Shown here in pieces: positions 48,165 through 60,900 of a stretch of DNA of 64,000 nucleotides; position 1 is the first letter of the stretch; each line of letters begins with the position of its first letter. The stretch is from Klebsormidium nitens. Its lineage: Eukaryota > Plantae > Klebsormidiophyceae. The stretch is taken from NCBI GenBank assembly GCA_000708835.1, contig DF237314.1:1-64000 (forward strand). Direction: 5' to 3'. Under the pieces are notes generated by a model. That model made no database searches. It had not been told where the DNA came from and worked only from the letters and a program-made list of their open reading frames with translations. Position numbers and translations under genes: made by a program.

Positions 48165-50151
48165 TCAGTATAAGTATACCCCAAATGCTGTAGCGACGCA
48201 AAAGATGGTCTCGCTGAGGAAGGTCTCTTCAGCATAGTTGTCCGTGTTTGTATCCCAGAAGCAGCTGCACAGCGAAAGTAAACAGCCGGTCTGGATGGTA
48301 CTGTTTTCCGCAGCAAGCAAGCAATGGCCTTTCAAGACGGTCTATGTAGCTTGCTCGCTTCAACATCGGGAAAAGTCACAAGTTGCACCGCGTGTTTTAG
48401 TGCTATTTAAATTGGCTCCATTTCATAACTTGTGTGCATGCGTGCGTGATCGCATCGTCTCAAGGAAAGCCCTCATGAACCTTCCTACCTGTCATCTTAG
48501 AAATGAGCTTAATGACTTCTTGCGAGTTGCAAAAGTATCATTCAGATGACGTTCTGAGGCCAAGAAACCTAAAGACTTATATTCGAGGCGGCTCAACCGA
48601 GGACGGACAAGAAGAGCAGCAGACGAAGAGAATTGTGGCGCATCCGCTTACCGACAGCCCATTCTGACGCCTTCTCCCCTTTGTTCGCCAATCACGACCT
48701 GAACAACGAACTTGTATCGTTCCAGGCCAAGACCTGCGAAAAGTGTGCAGGCATCTCCGATTCTGCGCGGATGTGTTGCACAGCAAAATTGGGACGAACG
48801 GTTTGCGAAGATCACGAAATGAGCTTGCCTCACCAAGTACGAGTTCTTTACATCTGTAGAAGCGAAAGTCGTCTTTCGGTGGCTGGCTCTTACTGCTGAA
48901 GAAGAATCTGTGTATTCAGCTATGTTCAGGAATTTTGATCGACCTCCCTCCGCTTTGAGCTTCAGTCGGTGGCTCAACGGCTGTGAAACGTGTAACGAGT
49001 TATAAACCAATAGACCAAGCGCACAGACAGACATGCGGCCAGGATGGCCACTAGTTCGGTACCAAAGCCATGGAGTCCTTTGGAAGGAGCACAATACCGT
49101 TGGGTTCCAAAGACGTCTTGTCAGCACCCAACAGGAATGAAGAAGACCTCTAGACCTCGTCATTCTCCACGCTTCAAGCACTTCGATGCACTACCTCGCA
49201 TCCCAATCCTCATTGCTATTGAAGAAGTATTGGAAGTATGTCATGTACCTTTCAGCTTCGTCTTGATTTCGTCTGCAATTTCAGTGGTCCAGCCCGACGT
49301 ATTGTCCGCGTGGTACTGCACCCCTGTCAACTTTGACCGTAAGACTTGGCTCATGATTGTGCGCGCCTTTGCTGGCCGGAACCTGGAAGAGTAGGATACG
49401 CAATTTTGCAAAGGTGCACTTATTTTTGCAGGCCACAAAAGTCCCGACAATCAGAAGTCAAGAGGAGCGTGTAATGTTTGAAAATTCTCCACCCTATTTG
49501 ATTTTGCACAAGTCCCTCCATTGTCAGTTTGGCATGCCTTTGGCAACACCGTGACTGCCTTTGGAACAGCTTCCTTTAATGGAGCAGCTCAAGGGTCCAA
49601 CAAAATGGTCCAACATAATGGTCGTGTGGGCTCATGGCGTAACTTGTTCGCAGTCCATCATGGACTTCGTGAGTGATGCTGCATGGACTACAAGGTGGGG
49701 TGCTACTGACACCGGGCGTCCTAATGCAATGCAGATAATTCGCTCTGATTGGCTGTCCATTTTTCGTCAGTAACACAAAAGCAAGTTAGGAAGCCAGGTG
49801 ATTGGTAGGATGTTGAATGCAGCAGTGGTAAATTAGAAGCTGACAAAAGTTGAGCTAAAGCACGTCAGAATGTAAGCAAGATGAAATGGATTCCGTCAAC
49901 CTACTTTGAAATTAACTATGGTTGTAGTACACCAGTTTTTCAAAGGAGAAGCACAGCTAATAAACTCATTTGGAACTCATGTGCATTAAAACAGGGACTA
50001 ATTAAAGAGAGAGATTCGAAGAGAGATGGTCCAGATCGGCTGATTTGGCAGAACCTCACCTTTTGCTGAACTCTGGCTCGATGGGGTAGTCTGCTGCGGA
50101 TGTGCTTGCCACAGGTGACATCTCTGGGCTAGCTGCATCTTCATCCTGCAT
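48165..50151 (-). CDS. TCTEX1D2: Tctex1-domain dynein light chain (TCTEX1D2/DYNLT2B-like), 135 aa, 4 exons
   Basis: Exons 50151-50060, 49382-49249, 48733-48652, 48264-48165. Protein ...KRFRPAKARTIMSQVLRSKL...IADEIKTKLKGLGLERYKFVVQVVIGEQRGEGVRMGCRCFWDTNTDNYAEETFLSETIFCVATAFGVYLY*. Subfamily assignment is from memory of the family. Confidence 0.9.
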
Positions 50152-51269
50152 TTTGATTGCTCTTCAGCTCTTGCAAAACTTACAAAGATAGATATATGTA
50201 GGAGCGAGCTCAATAGATACTTGTATGGTTGGTTGAAGACTACTGGCACCTAGTCGCTGCGTAGATAGTGCAGACAACGCCTGGGTGATGCTCTTCTATG
50301 CATGTGTGCAGCTTCTCGAGGTTTATCCCACCAGAGGAAGTCCAGAAGGCCCTTCAGGAACTTTTGCAGATCAGAGCGAGCTATCGTTCAAAATGGTTAA
50401 GCTTCTGCCTCTCAAAACATCTTTGTAGTACACGAACTGAAATCAGCTCTGTTTGCTTCTTTATTCCAGAACGTCGTGATGCATATGTAGACGTACGTGC
50501 CGCAGATGTCTAAATAAGGTGGGATAAGGTGGCACAGACTCACGATCAAAACCACATCGATCGGTGCTGAGGTGAGCAAGTCTGAGGTTTGAGGCAGCAA
50601 ATTCCTGCTGAGTTCCGATTCGTGCCGACGCGACAACGGTAAAGATTGGAGCTACAGACAGAGCCTCTCGTTCTCGACCGTCGATCCCCCGGCGCAGCCG
50701 CAATTTGGAGGTGCACGCACGCTCACGCGTACCTATCTTTGGTCCCACTCAGAACGCCGCATGTCCAAAAATCATCCATTTTGATTGGGCCGCGTGTCAC
50801 TTATATAGAGGGGTCGCAGTCGCTTCAAATTGAACCTGATGCAACGTCATTTAGTCGTCACACTCAAAATTCACACCATCGAGCGGCCACGGTAATCTAC
50901 AATGACATATCGGACGGCCAAACAAGGCTCCTCAGTATATAAGCGGTATGATCATAAGTTGTTGAATACCTAAATCATTACGCTGATGAATTCGCTCCTA
51001 GATATCTCTCTTTTTCTCTTATTTCTCCCCTTTTATCTCTTTTTCCTCCTTTATCTCTTGGCTGTGAGTGAGACCCCACCTGTGATGCTCTCAGCAAGCA
51101 CAGCAAGCTCAGCCTGCTCAGTTTGGCCCTGGGCAGCCATTCCTCGAAGATTTCCTATTCTCAGGTGTTGCTCTGCAGCAACTTGTGTAGTCTTACGTCT
51201 TCAATATGTCAATAGCTGTCAATAGCAAGCGGGTTAACGTCGTCTTCTTTTAGGGGCGTGACCTTCATA

Positions 51270-53864
51270 ATGGGGAACAAGCGGCAGCGCTTGGCGCGGA
51301 AGAAGTTTCGGGATGAGAACCCTGTCCCTGAAGAAGTGAAGCCTGCGGCCGCAGATGGGGAGGAGCTGAAACCAACCAATAAGAAGCTGAAACTAGAGCG
51401 GTGGAAGAAGAGGATGGAGAAAGAGAGGGCCAGGGAAGAAAAGCTAGCGGCCAAGAAGAGATCGGAAAAGCCGGTGGGGAGTTGCTGGGCGTGTGGAGAG
51501 GACGGGCACCGCTCAAGTGATTGCCCCAGCAATAACAGACACAAGGCAAGTGACTTGAACCCTCGTCGCTGTCTTGTTTGATTGGAAGAAACTGTCACAC
51601 ATTTTCATTGAGGGTGGATTTGATATGGTGGTGCAAAAATCTGCTTGACATTGCCAGCATCACTCGAGCTGGAGAGTTGGAGAGCACCACGCCTGATATG
51701 GTTTGCATCGAGTGCACAGATACTGCACACCTCTTGCTGGTAATGGTCCTGCTGAAGCACTGGTCTTGATCTACCCGCCACTGCTTGTCACTGCAGTCGT
51801 GCGTACAGCAACTGGCCACATCAGAATACCTGTCCGTACCCTTTAACGAAGCTCTGCAAATTAGGGTTTGCCCCGCTATTTTTTTTGCCATCCTTGGCCA
51901 TTGCTTTTGAATTAGTGTCGCTTGGTCGAAAGGGCGCCAGAAGGCGTCAATCTTCCACAAGCCTTTTTTTGGATTAAGAGTACTTTTCTCTATGATGGCC
52001 AATTTAAGTCGCAGTTTGCGAACGCATCTCATCGATAAGTTGGTACATTTCCAATGCCCTTCTGGACTCTTCTGCCCTCCACCCCCCCGCTTGTACGATT
52101 TTGGGGTTTCACAATAGACCATCTCTTTCTGGCAGATTTGCCTGGGGTGTCGAGGCCGGGGCCACACTCTGAAGACGTGTCCAAATGCAACAGGGGCGGA
52201 GCGAGGTTCAGAAGGGCCCTCAAAAGGGGCGACGAAGTTCTGTTACAATTGCGGGGAGGAGGGGCATAACCTGTCTGGTTGCAAAAAGCCTATCAAAGAT
52301 GGTGAGCGCTTGCGTCGTTTGGTTTCTGTTCTTGTTTCAAAGCCTGGTTCTCAAGTGCCACTTGCCAGATAGAACGTGGACGGGGGTGTCAGGCAGTGAA
52401 GATTCCAGTTTTCGAATTCCGGGGCAAGCGCCCGACATTGCCCATGCTACACAGCACTTCGTTCTGACATGGTGGAATGTTTATTGAAGGCTCCCAAGAG
52501 CGCCAATTCAGAAGTCTTCTGAACGAGTGTCGACCAATTTCTTGGGTGTCTTGGTTTTTGGGTGAGACTATTCTGCTCGCATGCTTCATGCCACATATCA
52601 AGCTCTCTGAATAGGTTCGAACTCACAGCATGGGTGCTCTGTCGTACTAGGTTTGTGAGCAAGCAAAGAGGCAGGATGCTCGCACAGCGGTTCTACTACA
52701 CTATTGGATAGGACCCAAACAAAGTCTGGTTTCTGGATTTAACAGACTTCGTCGAGAGGGCCGGGCTGCTGAATGGCGAGGGCTATTTGTCACGCCCGTG
52801 GTAACCAATAGTGGTGTGTAGGCATTTTAGCGACAGCAAGAAGCTCCGTTCCGTTTTGTTCCGTTCCGTTCCGTTCCGTTCCGTTCCGAAAATGAACTTG
52901 TGACATGAGTGCGTCTCATGCTGACTGGGTGCTTGCATGCTGCAGGGGGCACACAGTTTGCAACGTGCTTCGTGTGCAAGCAGAAGGGCCACATTAGCGC
53001 GGCCTGCCCACAGAACGAGCATGGCATCTACCCCAAGGTAAGAATCTTTCGAAAGTTGACAGGTCTACAGAAGATTATACGCACAAGTGATAGTAACCAG
53101 TTCGTCCTAGTAATCATTGGGGAAGGGCCATATAGAGCTTAGTCGACTCAGATTCTTGAAGCAACGTACATAGTTCTTCTTTCACGTCATAAGATGCTCG
53201 GTGATGCCTATTCGAAAGATGCTGTTACTTACGAGCCGTTTGTGCACTGCGGTGCTCATCACGTGTTTGTGGCCCTAGTTGTTTTCGTTCTTGGTGTTTA
53301 GCCTATTCGGTCGTCCCAATGCCTTTCTAATAAAGGTCTTCTTGTCCCATGCTTCGAATCTGTCCTAGAGCAACTGAAAAGCTCTATTCTCGTACAAACG
53401 TATCTGAGTTTCCTCTTTTGCAGGGTGGTTCGTGCAAGCACTGCCAAAGCGTCCGCCACCTTGCGAAGGACTGCCCCGAAAAAGCCCCGAAGAGTACCGT
53501 GTATGGTAGAAATACGCCAGCCCCGCCGGCGGCAGGCTTATCAGCGAAGAAAACCGTCTTTGCGAGCGGGGACGATTTAGAGGATGATTTCACGGGGCTC
53601 GAAACGCCTGCAAAAGCAATCAACTGGGGGAGCGACGACGAAGCTCGAGAAGGGGATGCGGGAGAGGACCCCGATAGCAAACGGGATGACGAGGTTGTTT
53701 TCGAAGCGCTGGGAGAGTCGAAAAATGTGACAAGGAAACGGCACAGCGTCGGGAGCGAGTCGAAAAAGAAGCGGAAGGCGTCGGAGGATGAAGATGATAG
53801 AGCGATGCCGCAGTCGGCACCGGCAAAAATGACCAAGAAAAAGGCAAAGACAGTGACGTTCTAA
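51270..53864 (+). CDS. ZCCHC9: CCHC zinc-knuckle protein (ZCCHC9-like, likely nucleolar RNA-binding), 324 aa, 4 exons
   Basis: Exons 51270-51545 (GC donor), 52136-52301, 52946-53037, 53424-53864. Five CX2CX4HX4C knuckles, the hallmark GGTQFATCFVCKQKGHISAACPQNEHGIYPKGG.C, and a Lys-rich N-terminus and tail. Confidence 0.88.
52846..52888. repeat. (CCGTT)n pentanucleotide microsatellite in ZCCHC9 intron 2
   Basis: About eight CCGTT units with one imperfect unit. Confidence 0.95.
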
Positions 53865-54988
53865 GTACACGTATCCCGCTCTGGAACGCACATATCCTGA
53901 GAGCTGCGCATGACTGACCCGATGAATCGACTTGACGGTCCGGATCATTCCGAAACGGAAGTATAATTTCCACCATGTTTCCAAGCTCCAATTCCAAGTT
54001 GCAAGGTGCGTCTCGGAACTTCCTACATACAGATCGACGACACGGGGACCGATCACATATAGCTCGACCAAGGCATGTTAGGACGCCACCTGGCATGTAC
54101 AGATTGCTTGCTTGACAGGTGCAATCTATCAGCTAAGCTCAAGTCCAAGTAGAGTACGACATCGACATCATGCAATTCCGACTCACAGCGGCGAAGCAAG
54201 AAGCATGATCGATCTTTTCTATAAGATTGATGTTGATATTGCGTGACACATGACTGAGCTTGCCACAATAAAAGCACCCTCTACGTACGTCGTTTTATCT
54301 TCTATCATTGCAGCCGCCAACGTACACGCGCATACAAAACATGTAAGACATGGGCAATTTGATATGGGCTTGCTGCGTGGTGCGCGCATGTTGGCGTCTG
54401 CCTTTACACGCGCGATTCAACTAAGTTCCTTCATGATTCGGATATGGCATATGCAGAATTTATTCAAAGGAATGGAAGCAATCATGTACGTACTTACACA
54501 CGAAGAAATTGGAGATGAACATGGGCTCAATCAGATGCGCTGCCATGCAAGCAACTGCAGAAAACCGCGAACAGTTGTGATTTTGGTCGGTCCATCCTTG
54601 CTCCGCAGGTGCTCCGCGGGTATACCAGCGACGGCCAGGCCGCAGCAGATACGTCTCAAGTTCGCATGCAAGGGCGACCGCAGTCACGTGAATTTCAGAA
54701 GGGTTGCTTGTGTATGAAACTTCATTCGTCATCCATGCCCAGAGTCCGGTCAGTAACCTCAAGTTGCACCTGAATGTCCATTTTACCTATCTAGTCAGCA
54801 ACATAGGATAATTGAATGAAAACGGCTATTCCTCCTAGGCTATCGCAGACACACTCTACAGGACAGCGCTGCTCCTGCTCTGATCTCTACATACCGATAC
54901 CGTTGTTTGTACCTGGACTTTCGCACCTCGGTCATGCTTTCGGCTGCTCGGTTGGGCCCCCCGACCACAGCGACTCCCCTTGCGTCAG

Positions 54989-57900
54989 CTAGTCGTCTAG
55001 CTGAGTCAGCAGCGCCACCCCCCGCTTTATCCAGTGCGCCTGCGGCCGATCCGACGGCAGCCGCACCTCCATGACGTAATTCGTCGAGTGCCCGGTGGTC
55101 GACAAGATCCCCCGCCGGTCGCTCGTCTTATAAATAGGGCACTCGTAGTGCGGGAATGACGTCATCTTGGCGATCTCCCGAGGGATCATCCAAATAACCG
55201 GGGCCTGCGTGTGCAGCTGCTTGGGCAAAGATTCCCCGAGCACGTGCCCGGTAGAGTCCCACCGGGCGCCTTCGAGGAACAGCCCGCGGCAGTAGACGCC
55301 GTCCTCGGGCCGCGCCGCGAGCGCGGCCGGGTCGTCCATGACCTGGAAGTCGAAGTCAATGACATCTGCAGGGAAAGGAAAAGAGCGAGTGTGTTACAAA
55401 CGTCAGAGTATAGCGCAGGGTTTGGTGGCAACTGCAGCAAACTAACTTCGCCGTTTGCTTTTGCTTTCAAGGGGCCCTCCAGGCAATTTATGTCTCGGGG
55501 CAACTCGGAAGAGCAGAAATTTCCATCCTGAAACAGGTCCTTGGATAGTCTATGTGCTAATACCTGCAATACCAGAGTTGGTTATTCATCCCAGTATTAG
55601 CTTGTTCATCCATACGAAACTGGAAGACTGCAGCCGTCACACTCCAAACCGCCCGCCACAGAAGAACAACGACAAAGTCGAATCACAGTCAAACAATCTC
55701 TGAATTCCAAACCAATCTCCCAAACCAGAATCCCAAAAACCCACAGACGCCTCGACTTACCGATGGGCACCTTGTACTTGCGCGCGAAGTTCTGCTTGGC
55801 GCCCGTGAGGAACGACTGCGTGAAGAAGAAGCCCGAGAGCCAGAAGACGGTCGGGGGGCCGACGTCCACCCAAGACTGGAAGAACGCCACTTTTTCCAGC
55901 AAGTCTGCCACGTAACTCGCTAAGGGTTTCCGGCTGGGGTACGACCGGGCCGCCCACATGGCCGGGATCTTGCCGTCGAAGAGGGAGTTCCCCAGGGCCT
56001 CGAGCTCGGCGGAAAGGACGATGAGGCCCTTGAGCGCTTTCTGGAGCTCCAGCAGACTGCAGAACGGAGAAATCAACGATGTTGAGACGAGGTGGGGGAG
56101 GCGAAAACTTAGGAACTTTAAAAGCTTTGTAATTTCAAACGGTCTTCTTCTTGTGCTTCGTGACTGTTTTGGAGGTTGATATTAGCGGAGTCGATTGCGT
56201 TCAAGGGTTGGTGGGCCTCAAGTGCTTTCTGGACTGCAAATTAGAGTTCATTGGGGGCGCATGGGAGATTGGCCTGGAAGGTACGGAACTGACCGTCGAG
56301 AGGTTTTGAAAGTGCATTTTCGTGTTTCAAATGTGTGCAATCGTCTTGCGCACTTCTGAACCGATCGAAGTCCCTCACTGATCAGTGAAGCGATCTTCAG
56401 CTTGGTGAGGAAAGAGCTTCCCATTAGGATGCATACAAGCAGAGCAGCGGTCTTTGAGGGTACGATTACAAGGAACGGGAACGGGAGCGAATGAGCCGCG
56501 AGTCGAGATTCCGGTCCTAGATAAACTAACATAAGGCAACAATTGGCAGGAAGCTCATGTGGAACGGCAGTTTCTCCTGCCGAATCTTGTTTTTTCTGGA
56601 GGACAACAGACAGGACGCAGAAAACGCCTTCAACCTTGCAGCCCGTTACCCCGCTTTGCGCCACGTGGCACCCGCTCACCTGGATCGCACCACCGAGAGC
56701 AGCCGGTTGTACCTCCCCAGCTCCTGGCACAGCACCGTGTTCATCGACTCCAAATAAGTTACCGGGTACTTCAACTGGGCCGCTTCGATGTCGAAGTTTC
56801 CGGGCAGCTTGCTCAGAATATCCGCCGCCAGATTCCCCAGCGTCTCCTCGCGCGTCAACCGCTTCGGCTTCGCCTCGACCTTCTTGCCCGCGGCCGCCGC
56901 GGGCGCGGCCGCGGGAACCGCCGACGCCTGCGTCAGCAGCAGGCTGTCCACCAGCAGCGTCGTCTCGTTCATGTCCTTGGTGACGTCAGCGTTGTCGTGG
57001 AAGCCGAAGACCTCGGGCCGGGGTTGAACCGGTAGTTTCTTGATAAACTCTAAATAGTCGTCATACACCCCGTCGGGGGGGGCGCGGTACAGACCGGACT
57101 CGGACAGCGCATAGTCCGACGTCAGCAGCTCCTCGCAGTAGACGTGCGCGAGCACGGTGGTGAGCGTGCGCCGGTCGTGGTCGTCGGTGACGCGGCCGCC
57201 GTAGTTGCACTCGCCGGTGAGGTAGCGGAGGGCTTTGTACGGGACCTCGTCCGGGTACTCGTCCAAAAACATCTGCAGCTGCCGGACGCTGATGCGCAGG
57301 TCCGCGTCGTTGAACTCGTACGGGATGTTCCACCCCAGCGGGCCGAACTTGCGGCGCTCCTGCAAAAGGAATGTAACGTTCGATCTTGTTTTGGGCTGCA
57401 GAGATCGGTCCCACGGGAATCAATGTATTCTTTTGAGAGCCAGTATGAACGCTGGTGGCATGAGAGGGAGGATCTGAAGCCCCATGTGGAAGAAAAGGAA
57501 GGATGCAAACATCAAAGTGATTGCATTGAAAAGCGCGAACCTGCTAAGTAGCTCGTCGACCATTTGACAGGAAGCCAAAGTTGCTTGACAAACGGGCAAT
57601 ATCGTCCACCTCGGATGTTTCTGGAGGCTTCACTTGGGTTTGGTGAAGGAAAATTTGACGAGTACTGCTTGGAAGTGGCTAACACTTTCCCTACTTTACC
57701 TGATGTCGTTGTCTCGAAGACGAGAAGTAAGAAAGACTCCTGCCGGCGGTGACTCTCAAAATCACGTACGAAAAGCGCGCCCAATCAAGTCAGTTTGCTC
57801 TCCAGGTGCATCGGATCTCCTCTGCAATACTATTGATCAGCTCTCCGAACGACTCAGGTAATTGCGCGCAAACCCAAAAACCCTTACAACTCTCCAACGG

Positions 57901-60900
57901 CACAAACTAACGGACTAAGGCACAATTTTCTTGCCTCGAGCTAGCCTTACCTGCAGGAACGCGTGGAAGAAGCACAGCCCGAAGAGCATCTTCCGCCACT
58001 CGGGCCCCTTGGCGCAACCCCCGAAGAAGCTCGGGTCCGAGATCGGGTGACTCAAATACGACCCGGTTAGGTTAGCCTTCAACCCCTTCGGCGGCTCGTT
58101 AGTCATCTTCAACCCGTTTTGCAGCACGCTGACCGGGAACGCGTCGCTGGGGTAACTCGTCAACCATAACCGGAATTCCGGGTGCGCTTTTTCCACGGTC
58201 AACTCCGTCTCGCACAGCCGCTCCAACGTGGGCATCCAGGAGACCGCCAGGTGGCAGTTCTGGAGCGCGACCCAGAAGCCAGCGCGCGCGGCCTCCGCGA
58301 GCAGCTTTGCGGCGACCGGGCCCTGGCCCTGGCCCAGCGAAACAGTCTCGATGCGCACGTTCTTGTCGCCGGCAAACTTGAGAAGTGACGACATGGGGTC
58401 GGACCCGGGGGAAAGGACGAAGATGAGCGGCGTCGCGGCCGCGGAGTCGCCGAAGCAGGTCTCGAGGTTTAGTGGCGGCGGCTCGACGAAGCGCGCGCCC
58501 AGGGTTTCGGACACGTAGCGGACGATGGCGGGGACGACCTTGTCCGCGCGCAGGCAGCGCAGGACCAGCATTTTCTGCGGGCGCGAGTTGCGCGGTTAGG
58601 ATGAGGGTTAGTAAAACGATCCAAAGGCCTTCGGTAATGCATCTCTAGGTCTGTTCGAGGGTTTGACACGAGATATTTCCGCCCTGCTCCACTCTGGCTC
58701 TGTCGACTGTTGCAACTGCGAAACTGAGAGCCTGCTCCTAAGTTATCCGACCGCCCGCGGATTGAACGGTGGAAGCTCACCAAACGGTCACGCTTGAGGT
58801 TCGACGAGAAAAAGCGGCCGGTGAGTCTAAACGATTTGCTGTCCAAGCAGCATCATTTGCTGGAATAAGTCCCAGCAAAATGCGTAGTAGCACATAACAA
58901 ACTTGCTCGAGATAAGGCAACCTCGTCGAAACCCGCTTGAAGACTCTCCTTGTGCACTTTTGCCACAGCCAAAAACAGGGCAGGTATCGTGCTGTTCTAA
59001 CCCACCTGGAACGAATTGAAGTTTTGGCCATATGGCGCCGGCAGCGCCTCCAGGTGCGGCTCCGCGCTGTCGTAGACCGCCCGCCACTTCTCGGGGGCCG
59101 CTGCCACAGCCTTTTCGAAACCCCCGAACGCCTCCAACTTCGCCAACCGGCAAATCTCGCCCCAGGCCTTCTCCTGCAGCCACGCGGCCGCGTTGCCCGC
59201 CGGCCGCGGCGGCGCCGCGTCGACCGCCAAACCCCCGGTTAACAAAAACCGCAACTCGTCTGCGTCCATCTTCCCTTCGCCGGCGAGTATTTTCACCGCC
59301 ATGAGAAAGGAGAACAGGGTCTTATCTTTCTCAAAAAGCCCGCGACAAACGTTACAGTAGACGGAGTAAGTAAAGTAGTCGTTCAGCGCCTTGAGCCGCT
59401 TGCTCAGGACCGCGCTCTTCTCGCTGTGCGCGATCGCGCGCGTGAAAAGGTCGATGAACCAGGCCAGGCTGTACTGGTACATCGGCTCGATGTTGGCCAG
59501 GTCCGCGACGCAGAAGAACAAAATGCTCGCGAGCGCGGCGACCGGCGTGTAACCCGCGCGCGCTTCGTCGATGCGCGCCTCGGTCTGCTCCGCCACCGCC
59601 TGCTTCGCCGTGATCTCGTCGGACAGGGTTTTGGACGCGGACAGAACCTGCAGGGGACGCGGTTGAGGGTATGAGGAGTTTGTCCGAGTTTTGGGTTCCA
59701 TAATCGGACCGCGAGGACCTAGAGGACCATATGAGAAGGGTTCATGAGAGGGTAAAAGAAAAGGAAATCCCTTGGAGGACCATTTGCTTCTGTTGAACAG
59801 GCGTCGACCTCGCAGCCCCATTCATTACTATGCTAATTAGGAAAGAATCTATTTGTCCTGATGACGCAGAAACTGACCGTATGGATCAAGATGTAAGCTT
59901 TTACATCGTGCCTCAGGCTGTTAGGAATATTGAGAGTCACAACTCTTCTTCGATCTTTCAAGTTTGTAGAACATGTTCATAACCGACACGTTCCAGACGT
60001 TTAAAGGTAGAATGCAGTCTCGGTTCCGTTCCGCCCACCTGGATTCCGCTCTCGTCCTCCAGGATGTTGCCGTCCCGCGAGAGCACCTGCAGGATCTTGT
60101 CCTCGATCTCCGCCAGCTGCCGCTTGTTCTCCGCGCCCTGCAGCAGCAGCGCGTTTTTCTCCTCCTCTAGTTCCGGCCGCTCGCGCGCGACCGCGATACC
60201 AAGCAGCTGGTCCAGCAAACCCTCGGGCGTGATCATGAAGTTGAGCAGCGTCACCTGGCAAAAAAAGGGTTAAGAAGATGGTTACGGCAGATAGAATGAG
60301 GGCACCGGATGCTGTGAAGACTGGTCACACCTCATACTGACTTTTTGGGCTCAAACTTCGGGCAACCCATTCTAGCAAGGGCGTAATTGAAAACTGAACG
60401 TGACAGTCTGATCTCCCGGAGTTCCCGGAAGCTCTTCTTCAGTTTCACTAGAGAAGGGGACTTTAAGAGGTTTCTCTATGTTCATTGGATGGCGCTGAGG
60501 GCGTGCTTACCTTGGTGGACAGTTCCGGCGTGTAGTGCGGGTTCCGCAGCTTGGAGGTCATGTAGAAGCGGAACTGCGGCGAGTACTCGATCGTGTTGTC
60601 GCCCAGCCGGATGCACAGCATGCCGCCCTGCTTGAACGTCTGCGAAAGAAGGGAGAATGAGTTCAGCGTCGCTGTCAATACAGAGATGGAAAAGACAAGT
60701 GCGTAAACGATCCAAGGCGAAGGATTCACAATGAGTCTTCTGCGGATAGCAATCCGGGTGGTAATAAGCACGCGACTCAGGTTTCAGAAAGAGCGTACGA
60801 AGCTTGTTTGCCAAGGTTTGGATGAAAAAAGAACCGAGAAAACCCTGACGCTAACCCCCTCCGAGATAGAAAGGAACCGGAGACATTGCCGCAAGTTGTT

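Noticed and set aside
53900-54950. ORFs 54250-54717 and 54460-54762 in the ZCCHC9/dynein gap
   Set aside because: No motifs or splice-consistent structure; likely 3' UTR or intergenic sequence.
56543-59304. Several 90-160 aa plus-strand and alternative-frame ORFs
   Set aside because: Shadows of high-GC3 dynein exons.
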